A stretch of DNA of 63,614 bases, filler included, from Choristocarpus tenellus KU-1152 (lineage: Eukaryota > Protista > Phaeophyceae), in assembly GCA_964200185.2 (NCBI GenBank). It is 11 parts of 11 records of this genome, joined end to end, with 100 filler letters (N's around TTAATTAATTAA, not from the genome) between each part and the next. Parts side by side here need not be neighbours in the genome. Positions count along the whole stretch, not along the records: positions 22,471 to 27,913 come from CAXNAD020010759.1; positions 28,014 to 40,193 come from CAXNAD020001936.1; 9 more parts are not named here. The stretch is one strand, 5' to 3'. Below, piece by piece: positions 25,333 through 39,273 of the stretch. The notes beneath the pieces are model-generated. The model saw only the letters and a list, made by a program, of their open reading frames with translations, ran no database searches and was not told the origin of the DNA. The translations under genes and the position numbers were made by a program. The stretch's first letter is position 1; every line of letters begins with the position of its first letter.

Positions 25333-28013
25333 TGCGTGGGTGTGAAGAGATGCGCTGCACATCTCATTGCGGTTGTATCATTCTCGCTACATTGGACAAT
25401 GGGAAAGAACACATCTTGCACATTATGTATTGTTTTTCAAATTGATCATGGTAGTTGATTGTTGAATGAGAGACAGGTGTTGTACTTGTAAAGAAGCTGG
25501 GATTGGTTGAGGAAGAGCAACTTCTTTGCTTCGTGGTTGCTATTTGGACAAGGGAGGAAGTGGTGCTACATGAGTAGTTATGACTGCCACAAAAGCATCA
25601 TACCCTACTGGTCTTCCGGAGGTACTAGAAATGTATCGTAGAGAGCTCATGCTGACTTGTCAGCTCTGTCGTGCAGAAGATGTCCGAGGGGATTGATTGT
25701 TCATGTGAGATGAAGGAAAGAAAATACACCGCCCAAAGCGTATGACAAGAGTTCTGTACTGTGTAGGGGGTGTAAATGAGAAAAACTAGTGTTGGATGTA
25801 GGGTTGCCACATCTGTGTGAGTTGTTTCTGTGTTGCGACATGATTGCCTGCTCTTTTTGTTTGCAATTTATGTCTTTTTGTTTGATTGTGCATGTGGTAT
25901 TTTATATCTGAGTGTTTCGATCTGCTCACATCTACCATCGCGTTTGCCTTTCATTTATTGAAAACTTCTGCCACAGTCTCTTCATGAGCTGTGATGAGAT
26001 TGCAGCGTTGGTCCAGCTACCTTACCCCCCCCCTTATCATTCATAAGTGGGGTGATGTTCTTATTGTGTGGTTGTGGGAGCAGTGCATGGAGTTCCTATA
26101 GCTAGTTGTGTTGAAGGTGATGTGTTCTGCAGAGGCTGCACACTTTCTGACTATAGAGGAGAGTGGATATGTGGTGGAATGTTCTCCATTTTCTGCTTTT
26201 TTTATTTTTTTATGGTAAGTGTTTTATGATTGATTTTTTTAAGGGAAGATGCTGCTCATTGTCGTGACAGTATCCAACACCATCTATATATGAAAATGAT
26301 GTCGGCCTTAGTGAACACATTTACAGATCTAGTCAAATCTTCACGTTGATTAATATATGTATCAAATATATAGGCATGACAGTTTACAACCAAGGATACT
26401 GAATACCGTATTCTGTTCCCTTCCTAAAAGTTCACTGCATATGAGTTTAAATCTGATCTCTGTGTGTGTAGGGCATAGGCTGGAAGATTTGAGCGATCCC
26501 TCTAGTGTTGTGTGGGGAAAAGGTGGTGGAACACAATGAAGTGGCATGACTAGGATAGGAGGGAAGAGTCCACAAAGAACAAAAATAAATGTGCTTTTAA
26601 TTTGTTGGTGCAGAAAAATACTCTATCAGTAAAAACGAAAGTATCTCAAGTTAATTGCATAGCAAATTGATTGGTTCGGCACATTGTTGGAAGTAGATGT
26701 TCTTACCTATTAATCCTGTAGATTGCTACTTCTACCCAATAGCAAAGCTTTTGTAATGTTGTATGTGTCATTCTGAGTTGCCACTGGATGAATAGGTAAT
26801 GTGGTATGTGTCATTCTGAGTTGCCACTGGATGAATAGGGTGTAGTTGATGTGCAATCTTGCTACCTTGCAAGCGTGTGATATTATTGGTAGCAATATTA
26901 TTATGTAAGACACTTTTTTTTATCTTGAAGGAACGTATGTCCACTTCTCTCGCCCATGTGGTTACATCTACATGATTGGAACATCCTGTGGTTGTGTTTA
27001 AATGGGTAGTTGAAGGGATGCCACTGTTCAATATGGGTAGGTAAGGTCTTAATTGATCATTGGTAGGTCTTGGCCTGTTGTTTTTGATGGTTGTGAGGCA
27101 GTAATACACCATGTAGAAAAAGTCTGTAAGGGCATCAACGAGAGTCGTATCGAGGGGTTTCGAAGGTCATAGATACAGTAGATGCGTGAAGAACACACAA
27201 AATATATAATTTCGATCAATATTGGGAAGGCCTATATGTTGTAATGACGTAGGAGGATGCATCTGATCACCTATCCAATGTTTGTTGTCCCCTAAATGAT
27301 CTTGTCTGTGTATCATGTATGTAAGATATTTGGTCAGAGAAGGCTTACTACTTCTACTACCACTACTGTACTATTGTGATCTGGTCGAGGATACCCTCCT
27401 TGGTACTGGTGGTGGTATCAATTTTTGTGGTTGTATGAGGCTAAATCTGATTTTCTTCGTATGTATCTGTGAGTGGATGTGTCCCTATCTATCCTTAAAC
27501 TAATGCATCTGGTTTTATGTCTATATCTAAATATTCTACAAGATGCTTCAAAATATTGATCACTACAACATACTTCAAGAGTTAATCTTGGCACCTTTTT
27601 TACCATAGGGGCTCATCGCGTTTTTGATAGTACGGAAAAAGTAAGGTTATGCAGGAAGGGAGTTGTGAAGGTGGGCCTAGGAGGCGTTATTTTGCCTGTA
27701 AAGGCACACGGGCCTACCAAAGCACTTCAGACACTGAACAGTGGATTTTAAAATTGAGGATGGAGCGTACTATTGAGGATAGTTTTGACCGAAAATGGTG
27801 CGGAAAAAGTGCTGATATGTTTTTTTTTGTAAATAATGTTGCGGTACTTTTTAAGGGTTCCTTTTTGAATGGGATATATTTTTGTTCAAAACTATTTCGG
27901 TGCTTGTGGAGGGNNNNNNNNNNNNNNNNNNNNNNNNNNNNNNNNNNNNNNNNNNNNTTAATTAATTAANNNNNNNNNNNNNNNNNNNNNNNNNNNNNNN
28001 NNNNNNNNNNNNN

Positions 28014-28146
28014 GTGATGTATTAAATTAGTTACTAGTTTCCTCTGTTGAATATTAGGGTGATGTATTAAATTAGTTACTAGTTTCCTCTGTTGAATATT
28101 AGGGTGATGTATTAAATTAGTTACTAGTTTTTCCTCTGTTGAATAT
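28014..28146. repeat. About 45-bp tandem repeat x3
   Basis: GTGATGTATTAAATTAGTTACTAGTTTCCTCTGTTGAATATTAGG. Confidence 0.85.
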
Positions 28147-28603
28147 CAGTACGGACACTTTGTGGGTCAGGCATTAAACACCCTAGATGGTAACAGATTT
28201 TCGTTGTTTTTTGGGGAAGTAGGTAAATCCAACTTGGCTCAGTACCTGTTCTGTGCCTTCTGGCTGTAAAGTCCCAAGAAACGCCTTCCAATGTGTTATT
28301 TTCAAGAAAAATGGTACGTTAATATTTTTGTTTTTTGAGGTTCTTAATTCATATATTCGCTTTGCTTTAAAAAAAAAAATGAATGCACACAACGTTTGAT
28401 AAAAAAAAAGATGTCAATGTATTGACTACATTAGTGTAATATTTGAAGTGGAAATTGATAACATTCTTTTGAATTTTTAAAAAAGTAATTGAGCGTATTT
28501 GCAAATCTAACTCTTTTTTTCAAAAAATGAACCCTCACCATTTGATGGTCACCTAATATACTACTGTGTATCATGTCGCATTATGTACTGTGTGGCATGT
28601 CAG

Positions 28604-31600
28604 TGAGGCATGAGGGGGAGAAGGAGACCTTCGAAGCTTCGGTGGGTGAGGATGGGGGTCTGAGTGCACCTCTGGTATACGCCTCCCTAGTTTTGGGTGT
28701 GATCACCGTGTGGCGGCCTGCACCTCCCAGCAGAGAACAAGAAGGAGAACAAGAATATGTGGGGGAGGGGGAGGATTCTGGCTCAGAAGGGGAGGAGGGG
28801 GAATCAAGGGGTGGAGAGGACCAAAGTTTTGCTGAGTGGACAGAGGAGGTATAGTACTGCATACCTGGTGCATGTTACTGGCTTTTTTACAGTCTTGGTA
28901 TGTAGGATATGTATATTTTTAATGAGGTATCACTTTTTTTTTGTGATCATTGTAGTAGTAAGGTAGTTGCCAGGTATAATATAATATAAATATGTGTATA
29001 TATATTTATACGTGCATGTTGTAATGAAGTATCTGTTATGTTTCAGTATCCCTGTGGAATTGTTAGATTATTGTTATTATTAGGTTTTGTTGGGTGGTGC
29101 TATACTTTTTCTTGAAATATTGGTGTATGCAATTTTTTTTGTATGGTTTTGTTGCATTACTTTTGAACTTCTTTCGTTGAAGTTTTTAAGAAAAGTTTTG
29201 GAAAAATACATTGATTTTTCTTTATTCTTCCTACTTTTCTGTCCTTAAGAAACAGATATGCATGTTTGCAGTGTACTCTTCTATGTTGGCAATACCGTCA
29301 AGTATATTGAGGTAAAAGTAATGATAGGGGTAAGAGGGGTAAGAGGGGTAAAAGTAATGAGAGGGGTAAAAGTAATGAGAGGCATAAAAGGGAGGAACTG
29401 GATCGCTTGAGTTACAAGCACTGTACACAAGATGTTTTGGGCAATGTTTTTTGTACCATTTTTTTTAATGTAGCTACTGCTATCGTGAATGTTTTTATTG
29501 TTATTATAATATTATTGTGATTATTATTATGATTATTATTGTGATTATTATTGTGAATATTATTGTGATTATTATTATGAACAGTTCCGCTGTATTGTTA
29601 TTTCGATTTTTGAATTTGAACGCTTGCACTGTCTTTTGATGAGGATATTGTAAGCAGTGTACCAATGATAATAATGATAATAATGATCGATATTACGAGG
29701 TACTATTAGTTGTGAAATTTTTTTAATGAGGATATAAACTATTGACTACATAACGTTGGAGGTATATATATATGTATATATATTGAAGGTATACCTTATG
29801 ATGTCAGTGCATGTAACCTTAGGATGATAATACATACCATTAAATCAGTCACCGATATCTATTTAGTGCAAATCTCTGGTTTCACCTCAAAAATGTCAAC
29901 CTGAAGAATTTTTATTGATGCTTATATTTGGTACTATGTAAGTGTTTACTATTATTGGTATTATTATTATTATTATTATTATCATTAGAGCTGTCTAGCA
30001 GTAGTATAGAATGTTGAGTATAGATAGAATATTGGAGAAGTTTTCCTCAAGTAGTTGCTCACTGTGGTTTTATATTATTGTCTCACTGCCTTTTTTTTAG
30101 TATTATGTTTTAAATGGTTTGTCATGGGGTTCCCAAACCTGCAGTCAAAAGGAAAAGAAGAGATGAGATGTGGTGACACCAATCTTGAGAACAATACAGT
30201 ATAATGATACAATATAATGATACAGTTTAACAATACAGTGTAACGATACATTGTAACAATACAGTGTGATACAATGTGACAATACAGTGTAATGATACAG
30301 AAGGAAAAAACAGAGTCGAAGAATGCTAATTTTTTTATTTTATCCCTAATGTGGCTTAGTTCATATATACATACATACTAATTAATACAGGATAGGGATG
30401 TGCTGGAGAAGGTAGCTGGATCTGTAGCTCTAGCTGCTGTATTGGACCAACGGCAGAGATGGGCTGCTGCTGTGAAGGTCAGTCATAATAATAATATTAA
30501 AATATGATGTTATGTTCCTTATATACCCACTGGGGTTACTGTCCTTGATATCCACAATTATTTTTATTTATCAGAGTGTTCGAGAAGAAATATGCATTTT
30601 TATTTTCTGATTTCGTTTTTTCTTGGCAGGTTTAGGGTTAGGGTTAGGGTTAAGGAGTACATCACGAAAGGAAACATTCAGACCAATAGAAGGTGATGCG
30701 ATACGCTTCCATGTAAGACATGCATGATATATATCATATGTATGATATCACAGTATAGTACAAAGCAATTTGAATAATATTAACTTACACTCTTGTCAAA
30801 TCAATCTTGTTAGATTAGGGCTAGTTTTTATATTTTTTATTATTACTATTAATATTATTAATACTCCAGTCAAATCGATCTTGTTTGTTTTAGGGCTAGT
30901 TTTCAAATTGATCTTTTACTATTATTATTGTTACTATTATTGTTATTATTATTGTTGTTACTATTTCGTACTATTGCACATAGAAGATGTTAGCTGTAGG
31001 CTGGGGGGGGGGGGGAGAGGAGGATAGTAGTAATTATTGTAGAGGCTCTCATGCCAGCAAAGGTGCCATGTGTGGTCAGAAAATATTAATCTTAAATTTT
31101 TTTAAACTTTTAAACTACTTTTTGGGAATGACGAGTATCGATAGTATGGGTGACGAGTACTACAGGACAATTTTTGTGTCTTCTGCCTTTGTTGTGGGTG
31201 GTGTTTTTTATTGTATGCCACAGAGCGCTACAGGACAATTGCCTATGTGATTAAGAATCGATTGTAGCTGCTGATTTTGTGTTACTTTACTGCAGTATTC
31301 ATTGTGCTTTTTATTTTATTTAGTGTACTTTTTACTGTCATGATCATGAATGTCTTAGGTCTTGATGGGTCACGATTGTGAATGATGAAAGACCCTGACT
31401 GTGAATGATGAAAGATCCTGACATATTTTGTTTCATTGCGGTATCCCCTTCCACAAGGGAGAGCAATATATGAACCAATCAAATCAACTCAATAGTGTAT
31501 GAAATATTCTGTGTATCTTGGATTGACCTAATGTGATTGAGTCTATGTAAGGTCCTCAATGATCTTGACATCAGTTGACAGCCATACACACATTTGTTCA

Positions 31601-34600
31601 GTTGTAACACTTCCTATGAGCCTATTAGCCTATTATTCAGTTACCCTATAGTTCAGTTAATCTATTCTTCAGTTAGTCTATAATGAAGTTAAGTCTATTA
31701 TTCAGTTAATTCTATTATTCAGTTAGTCTATAGTTAAGTTATGCCTATTATTCAGTTAGCCTATAATTCAGTTGAGTCTATTATTCAGTTAAGTCTATTA
31801 CTTAGTCTATTTTCAGTTAATCTATAATTCAGTCTATAGGCAGAAGGAAAACACAAGTGCCTATTTTGTAGTATCATAATAATGAGTTGACATTGTTGAT
31901 ACACCTGAACCCCCCCCCTTTCCACTGTGACTTTCACTTCTCATGTGTTGTTTTGTGATGGTTGTTGCAGGTGAATCAGATCAGAAAGGTTTTATCGGAA
32001 ACTTTGCATCAGGTGATGATTATTAACATTTTAAGATTAGTATTGTGTTTATAATTTCGATGCCATTCTTTATAGCTACTATGTAGTGTGTTGATAATAT
32101 ACCTATCAGGTGATTAATAAATTTCTAAGATTAGTATTGTGTTTATAATTTCAGTACCACTCTTTATAGCTACTACTATGTAGTGTGTTGATAACGTAGG
32201 CAGTATGTAGATAGACCAACAAGCTTATAAATAAAGGGATTTCACAGAGTTAATGGTAAGAATTTCCATAAGACCAATCAGTGGGCTGTTGATAGGTGGT
32301 AGCAATCTGATCACTTTTTTGTTGAAAACGGACCGAATTGGACCTCTTCTTGGCCACAGTTGACCGAGATCAGTTCGTTGTAGTTACATTACAGTTACAT
32401 TACAGTTACATTACAGTTTTGAACTGATTTTATGATATAGTGTGTAAAGTGTATATCCCCACTATATACTTGCTGGATTTGGTTTTTTGAAGAATTATTC
32501 AAAGTTTTTTTTTTCATTTTTTTGTAATAAGATGAAAAATTCTAACTAGGGTGTTCGTAGGAATAAGTTAGGGAACCGCTCAAAGTGAAAAGTGAAAGGT
32601 GAATGTACTTTCAAGACAGACAAATCTCCTCCTAAGTTCACAACAAGGAAGTATGCAATGTGTGCTCCAAAAAGATGTGACACCAGGAAGATAGAGGAAC
32701 CTTTTAAAACTGAGCCCCCCCCCTCCCCCCCTTTGGTTATTTGTAGTTGAGGTGGTTTGACTCATAGGTGGAAAGGATGGTGACTTTTTTTTTCTTGGAT
32801 TGACCCTGATGCTCTGACGTGATTGATAATTACGCCTTTCAAAATACAAAAACCTGAGCTGCTATTGATCCCTCTACCCAAAACCTTTTTTTGTGTTAAA
32901 ATATGTTGGTTTTAGAGTACTGCTTTGAGAGTCTTGAAAATATGTTGGTTTTAGAGTACTGCTTTGAGAGTCTTAAGAATATGTTGGTTTTAGAGTACTG
33001 CTTTGAGGGTCTTAAGAATGTGTTGATTCTAGAGTACTGCTTTGAGGGTCTTGAAAATATGTTGATTCTAGAGTACTGCTTTGAGAGTCTTGAAAATATG
33101 TTGGTTTTAGAGTACTGCTTTGAGGGTCTTAAGAATATGTTGATTCTAGAGTACTGCTTTAAGGGTCTTAAGAATATGTTGATTTTAGAGTACTGCTATG
33201 AGGGTCTTAAGAATATGTTGATTCTAGAGTACTGCTTTGAGGGTCTTAAGAATATGTTGATTCTAGAGTACTGCTTTGAGGGTCTTAAGAATATGTTGGT
33301 TTTAGAGTACTGCCGTCAGAGTCTAAAAAAAAAGAGATGAGATGCAGCAGCCTATGAGAAAATTAGACGCTTTGAATTTGTCCATTTATGTCTTACGAAG
33401 TATCTTATAATTTTATGGTATTTGTGTAAATCTTTGTCTTTCCACTTTTTAATATTGTTATATTGATTAATTATTGATACTTTGTGGATTATAGTAAAAA
33501 GGCTGGGCGTGCGTTATTATTGTGATTGTCATCATTTGCTCATTATTGCATTTAGTAGTCGCATATGTTTTAGTTTAATAGTACATGTTTTATTTTTAGT
33601 TTAATAGGACCTGTTTTAGTTTAATATTACATGTTTTAGTTTAATAGTGCATGTTTTAGTTCAATACTATATGTTTTAGTGTTGTGGTTATTTCTAATCT
33701 TATGATGAAGGTGCACCATAAGATAAGATAATATTAGAAAGCTGCAACACAAGCTTGAATGATAATAAGCATAAGTTGCCAAAGTAGGCCCGACCGTGTA
33801 TCAAGTTAATGTTTAAATGTTTAAGGTGTTAGTGTTACATTTAATGTCATTATTACTGATGTTGCTATTGTTGCTGTATTAAAGTTTATTTTTTCCAATT
33901 TTGACTTGTTCAGCCTAGGCAGCACTTGAGATCAGAGTTAAGCTAGATGTGAATGAATTGTGATGATCTATTAATTGTACCAATCAGATTCATTGATTGG
34001 TAGGTACATACTGCCACATAAATCCATTCAGATAACTGCTTTTAGCCAAATATTGAATGCCAAATATTTTAAAGGTTAAATTGAACATCTCTGCCAACCA
34101 GTGGTGGGGAGATTGGCTGATGGGTATGACATTATAAGGTATACTGTACCTTTAATTGATGTACAAAAATGCTGATGTGTATTCAATACCTCAATCTAAT
34201 TTATTTTTTATTTCAGTTACATTGTTCCAATAACGATTGTATATTGTATGTTTACTTCCCTGCATCCCTTTTTGATAAATATTGTAACAATTGTAATAAT
34301 GATGATAATAGTAGTAGTAACAATAATAATAATAATAGTAAGAATTTCACGCCTCTGCAGGTGAAGAACCCAATGACTGCTCTGCGAACGTTTGGCAAGC
34401 TACTTCTAAGACGCCTTCCTAGGGAGGACAGTCTCAATAGAGAATTGGCCAGGGACATCATACTGCAGGTCAGCAAATATATTTTTCATTCAGAAGCTTT
34501 TTTGTTATTTTTATTGTTAACCTTCATTGTGTTGTTCGATAGGTGAAAGTACCTCTTATTGGCAAGCATCCGTACCATTGTTATTCATAATAAGATACCT

Positions 34601-37600
34601 TTTATTGTCGAACATCTGTATCTTTGTTATTAATCATGGAGTACTTTCATTGTAAAACATCTGTACCTTTGTGTTAATAATAGAGTACCTTTTATTATCA
34701 AACATCTGTACCTTTTAAATTTGATGTAGAGTACCTTGCAGTGTCAAATGTTTTGGAGATGATGTTTTTGGACAGGTTTCCCACTGATGAGGAAATTTTG
34801 TTTTGTTTGTACTAAAGATAAGAAATCGTTACTGTGTCATTTGATTTCCTTTTGCAGCTTGACACTATGGTGTTTACTGATAAGTGTTTACTGATACTGC
34901 TAATGGTATGTGTGATTTGACTCATACCATCAATGAATTTTTTTAAGGTTTACCATGACATAGGGCCTGACAAGTCAACCCTATTTTTGATAGTGAATAT
35001 TTGTTCATTAAAGTTGTTACTATGGTTTGGTTATGATTGGTATACTACTTTCATTACTTTTTTCTTAAAACTATTGTATTTCTGTTGTACTTTATGTTCA
35101 ATACCTCAATTCAATGTATGTTTGTGCATTCATTTCTACTATGAGACCAGTACATAATATGATGATTCTATTTTATTTTCCTGTTAGAGCTGTGTGTAAG
35201 GGGTCTCTCTGATTGTCTTGTGGTGTACATTCTCCTGGTACTTTGAAGGCAGTTTTGTAGTAGCATGAGTTAGCATTCGCCTTGTCCAATAGAGCCATAG
35301 TTTTTGATGGGTTAGGGTTAGGGTTGGCTACATTTCAGCATGGGAGTGGGGGTGTCAGGCACAAGTCTCTGTAATCCTCTTATACTCATTAATGATACTA
35401 CTAATGATAATGATTAAGATCAACTTCCCTCAGGAGTATTGTGACCTACTTTAGCTACTTGTAAGTAGTATTAATACTATTTCTAAACCAACTTCCCTCT
35501 GGTATATTATGAGTCATTTGCACTCTTTTTAAATTGTAGTAGGACTAATCATAGCTACATTATACTTCAAGTTATGCAGTAAATAGCAAGGGTTTGTATA
35601 ATAGATAGGCATCTCATTAACTGTTACTATGATAAAAAGTAGTAATAATATTGAAAAATAGCAACAAATCATACTGCAGGAATCCATTGACCATGTAATA
35701 ATGCAATAATGTAGTAATGTAATAATGTATGTCTATGCAATTGGTGGAAGATGCAGCATTTGTTTTATAGTACACTATTTTAACAACATGTATCATTGAT
35801 AGGCATAATCAACCTTAACCCTAATTTACTAAGAACATTTTTGATCCTGTGTCAACCAAAAATCATACAAATAACAGTCAGACAGGTTGGTAGACTTGCT
35901 CCTTCCAGTGGACTCCGTCATTGGACAACTCGTGGCCCCTGCCCTGCCCTCTAAGCTGGATGGTCTTCCAGCAATTGCTGCTGCCCAGAGTCAGAGCCAG
36001 ACACAGACAGGGACAAGGACAGGAGAGATTCGGCAACCTTTGGATCGAACTATGCCAACAGAGGGTGAGTTGTTACTGTTGGTATCAATACAGGTATAGA
36101 CCTCACCATGTCCTTCTGTCTATTTCTCAGTAACGTTGTTGATTGGGGGATAGGTGTAGATGGAGTCAATTTTTTGCTTCTGTGTGTACATTGAGTGAAG
36201 TAGAGACAGTGGAATCAATATACACGGGCTGCAGAAAGGTTGTGAACCTTCTTGTTGAGGATGATTTTAGGGTAAGGGATCGGGTTTTTTTTAGATGTGT
36301 AAGATAAGGGAGTTGTGGCTGGAATGACTACTAAATAAAGGTACATTTCTTTAATAGCTCATCTAATAATAATAATAATAGTATTTGATTTTTTGGTAGT
36401 ATGCACAGAAAGAAATGGTGTAGGAGAGTTTATAGGTAAGGTATGTCGTATGTGTGTGTATGTTGGGGAAGAAAATATTGTCTTTGGTATATGTTCATCA
36501 TACCTTGTCTGCCTAGTTTGGCTGGTGGTGGGTCTGTTATCATGTTTGCTTTAGTGATGAGTCAGAGCATGCCACTACTCTATACGATTATTAATATTAT
36601 TATTAATATTAACAATAGTATTTTTTTAGGTTGAGGGTGTATTACGAGTTGAAGGGAGAACGAAGCATAGATGTGTGACTAATGGAAAGGAATAGAGAGT
36701 GGAGTATTATTAGTATTAGTATTAGTATTAATATTAATATTAATATTAATTCTCTCTTTTTACTGTTTATATTGGGTTAAAGGTATTGGTATTATACAGT
36801 ACAATTTTTAGTTTTTATTTAATCTTTATTTTGTGATGGTGTAAGATAGATACAATCGATCATGTCAAGATCCATCACACCAAGGTACATCATTGGATTG
36901 AGATATTGCTGCCATTGTATTTACAACATAATATTACATGGTGCCATCCAACTGCAGATATCGGCAGTTCTGTATTTTGTACAGAAGTCCTCATGTCTTC
37001 AAAAGAGTATCAATATCTTTTATTGTCATATGTAAGTTCTCAATATTAATAAAAGGGAGGGGGGATGGTAACATACAACAATATTATATTAGCAACTGAA
37101 AGATGTCCATCTCTATCACCTCTAGTGAAAGATATTATGATAATTATATTATATTATGTAATTAGGGTTATGTGGTGGGGATTGGTTAGGGTTAGGGTTA
37201 GGGTTACCGATATGGTTCTGGACACATTTTTTGTCAATGTGTGGATGTATAATAGTTGAAAAGATTATCATGAGGTTTTAGTGTGATACATATCACCTGT
37301 CCAATTCTTACAATCGATTAGTAATTGTAAGCTAAAGGTTCATTGACAGATAAGCACTTTTTTATTTTGATCTTTTACTACTAGGTATTGATTTCCTCTC
37401 ACTACAGTACAACCACTAGGGACCAAGAAAGAGGTTACCTGTAACCCTAACCCTAAGATCAGCAGCACTGAAGATTGGGGTGAAGAGGAGCTACGGGGTG
37501 ATCAGATTGGTTAACCCAATGACGAGAACAGAGGCACTATAATAATATAAATAACATACAATAATATACAGTAGTATACGAAAATATAAATAACATACAC

Positions 37601-39273
37601 TAGTATACAGTAACATACAATAGTATACAATAATATACAATAGTATACAATAATATACAATAGTATACAATAATATACAATAGTATATAACAATATACAA
37701 TAGTATACAATAATATACAATAGTATACAAATATTAACCATAGATAATGTAAACGAGGAGTATCAAGTGTGTAGTGTGTAGTGTGTAGTGCCTCTCACCG
37801 TGGGTCAGGATAATCCCCAGACTATTGAGAAGGTGAAAATATTATTATGGATTGTGCAGTATGGGTTGGTTTGTTAACCCTTTTTCTCATCTTGTAGGCA
37901 TGTCCATCAGTTATGGCCAATCCGCCTTTGCTTGTAGTAAATCTAAATATTAAACTGAATTTTTTGTAATTTGAGTTTGGATGTGTGATCTTTAAATCAA
38001 TTTTAGGTTGAGCTTCAGATGCTGCAGCGGGAATGTATCCCTAACCCTAACCCTGTGCTCGTGATATACATAGATGCAATATGTATATAGTGTGAAGTTG
38101 GAAGATGATTATCCTTTGTAATTGTAATTGAATTCCTCAATGACTGTGATGATGTCACCAGTGGATGGTACTATGGTACTACAGTTGGTCTTGACCTATG
38201 CATAGCAACATACACAGCATTAACCTTCAAATGGCCAACACCCCTTAGTAAACTGCCCATCCCCCAATCGCCTCTCAAAAACGTTTCAAATTTTTATAAT
38301 TCTCAATTGCAATGCGACTTTATGTCCAAGATGGAGATGTGGGAGAAGCTTGGCAGGGGGATAGTAAAGGGGGTGGGGGAGGAGAAGGGGTGGTAGTTAT
38401 GATACCAACCTCACTGGTATTTGTACAAGATGTGATTGAGCCAGTCACCAGGGCTGCACAGGCGCTAGCGCACACAAGGTGAGTTGCTTGTTACATATAC
38501 TGTTTCATTAGTAGCTGATTTCTGGAAGTATCAACTTTTTGAGTTAAAAATACGGAAGAAGGGATGTTATGAGTGTGCTATGATGTCATGTTAGTAATAA
38601 TCATTGTGTTATGATGTCATGTTAGTAATAATCGTTGTGTTATGATGTCATGTTAGTAATCATCATTGTGTTATGATGTCATGTTAGTAATAATCGTTGT
38701 GCTATGATGTCATGTTAGTAATAATCGTTGTGTTATGATGTCATGTTAGTAATAATCATTGTGTTATGATGTCATGTTAGTAATAATCATTGTACTATGA
38801 TGTCATGTTAGTAATAATCATTGTACTATGAAGTCATGTTAGTAATAATCATTGTACTTATCGACTGGTTTATTTTTTTTTGCGATTCCAATTGTTCTTA
38901 CTATCCTGTCAATATAAATAATTCATTATATATAACGCTGTGCTTCTAAGATGATCATTTTGAGGTAGACATTCCTGTTGACCAGTACGTAGTGAGATGG
39001 TGACAGCACTATCATAGTGTGCTTTTTTTTATTTCATACATGATATTAACATACGTTGGTATAACATTCATACATGTACCTTCTTTGGTCACATTTAGGG
39101 TTAGGGTGGGCTGGTTGTGATTGGAATCATAATGAAAAATTAAAGTATCATTTTTTCTTTTTTAGCTGTGGTTTGATTGGTTGAGTACAATGCCTGTCCT
39201 CAGGGGTATTTCATTCAGGTGGCGTGTGGACGAAGATCTACCTGGAGTTGTGAGCAATGAAAGGGCTTTACAG
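28604..39273 (+). CDS. CSK: Chloroplast sensor kinase (cyanobacterial Hik2 orthologue): GAF + HisKA + start of HATPase; partial at both ends
   Basis: Phase-consistent exons 28604-28848, 30391-30477, 31971-32012, 34361-34468, 35878-36064, 38331-38478, 39204-39273. Joined translation includes APLVYASLVLGVITVWR, ALAAVLDQRQRW, TLHQVKNPMTALRTFGKLLLRRL, IILQSDRLVDLL, DVIEPV, LPGVVSNERALQ. Confidence 0.92.
31615..31840. repeat. Intronic degenerate minisatellite (about 17-18 bp, CTATTATTCAGTTA)
   Basis: Repeated core visible in the sequence. Confidence 0.75.
32899..33313. repeat. Intronic 39-bp minisatellite, about 10.5 copies
   Basis: AATATGTTGATTCTAGAGTACTGCTTTGAGGGTCTTAAG. Confidence 0.93.
37540..37732. 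repeat. Intronic 10/20-bp minisatellite
   Basis: TAGTATACAATAATATACAA units. Confidence 0.85.
38574..38857. repeat. Intronic 31-bp minisatellite, about 9 copies
   Basis: TGTGTTATGATGTCATGTTAGTAATAATCAT. Confidence 0.92.

Noticed and set aside
22371-28013. Functional clustering of SulP, CSK, FNIP and WD40 genes
   Set aside because: They lie on separate contigs joined artificially
32903-33340. 145-aa ORF of MLVLEYCFEGLKN repeats
   Set aside because: Translation of a 39-bp minisatellite inside a CSK intron
37458-37497. Extra CSK micro-exon
   Set aside because: Stop codon in the required phase; exons 36064 and 38331 already join in phase
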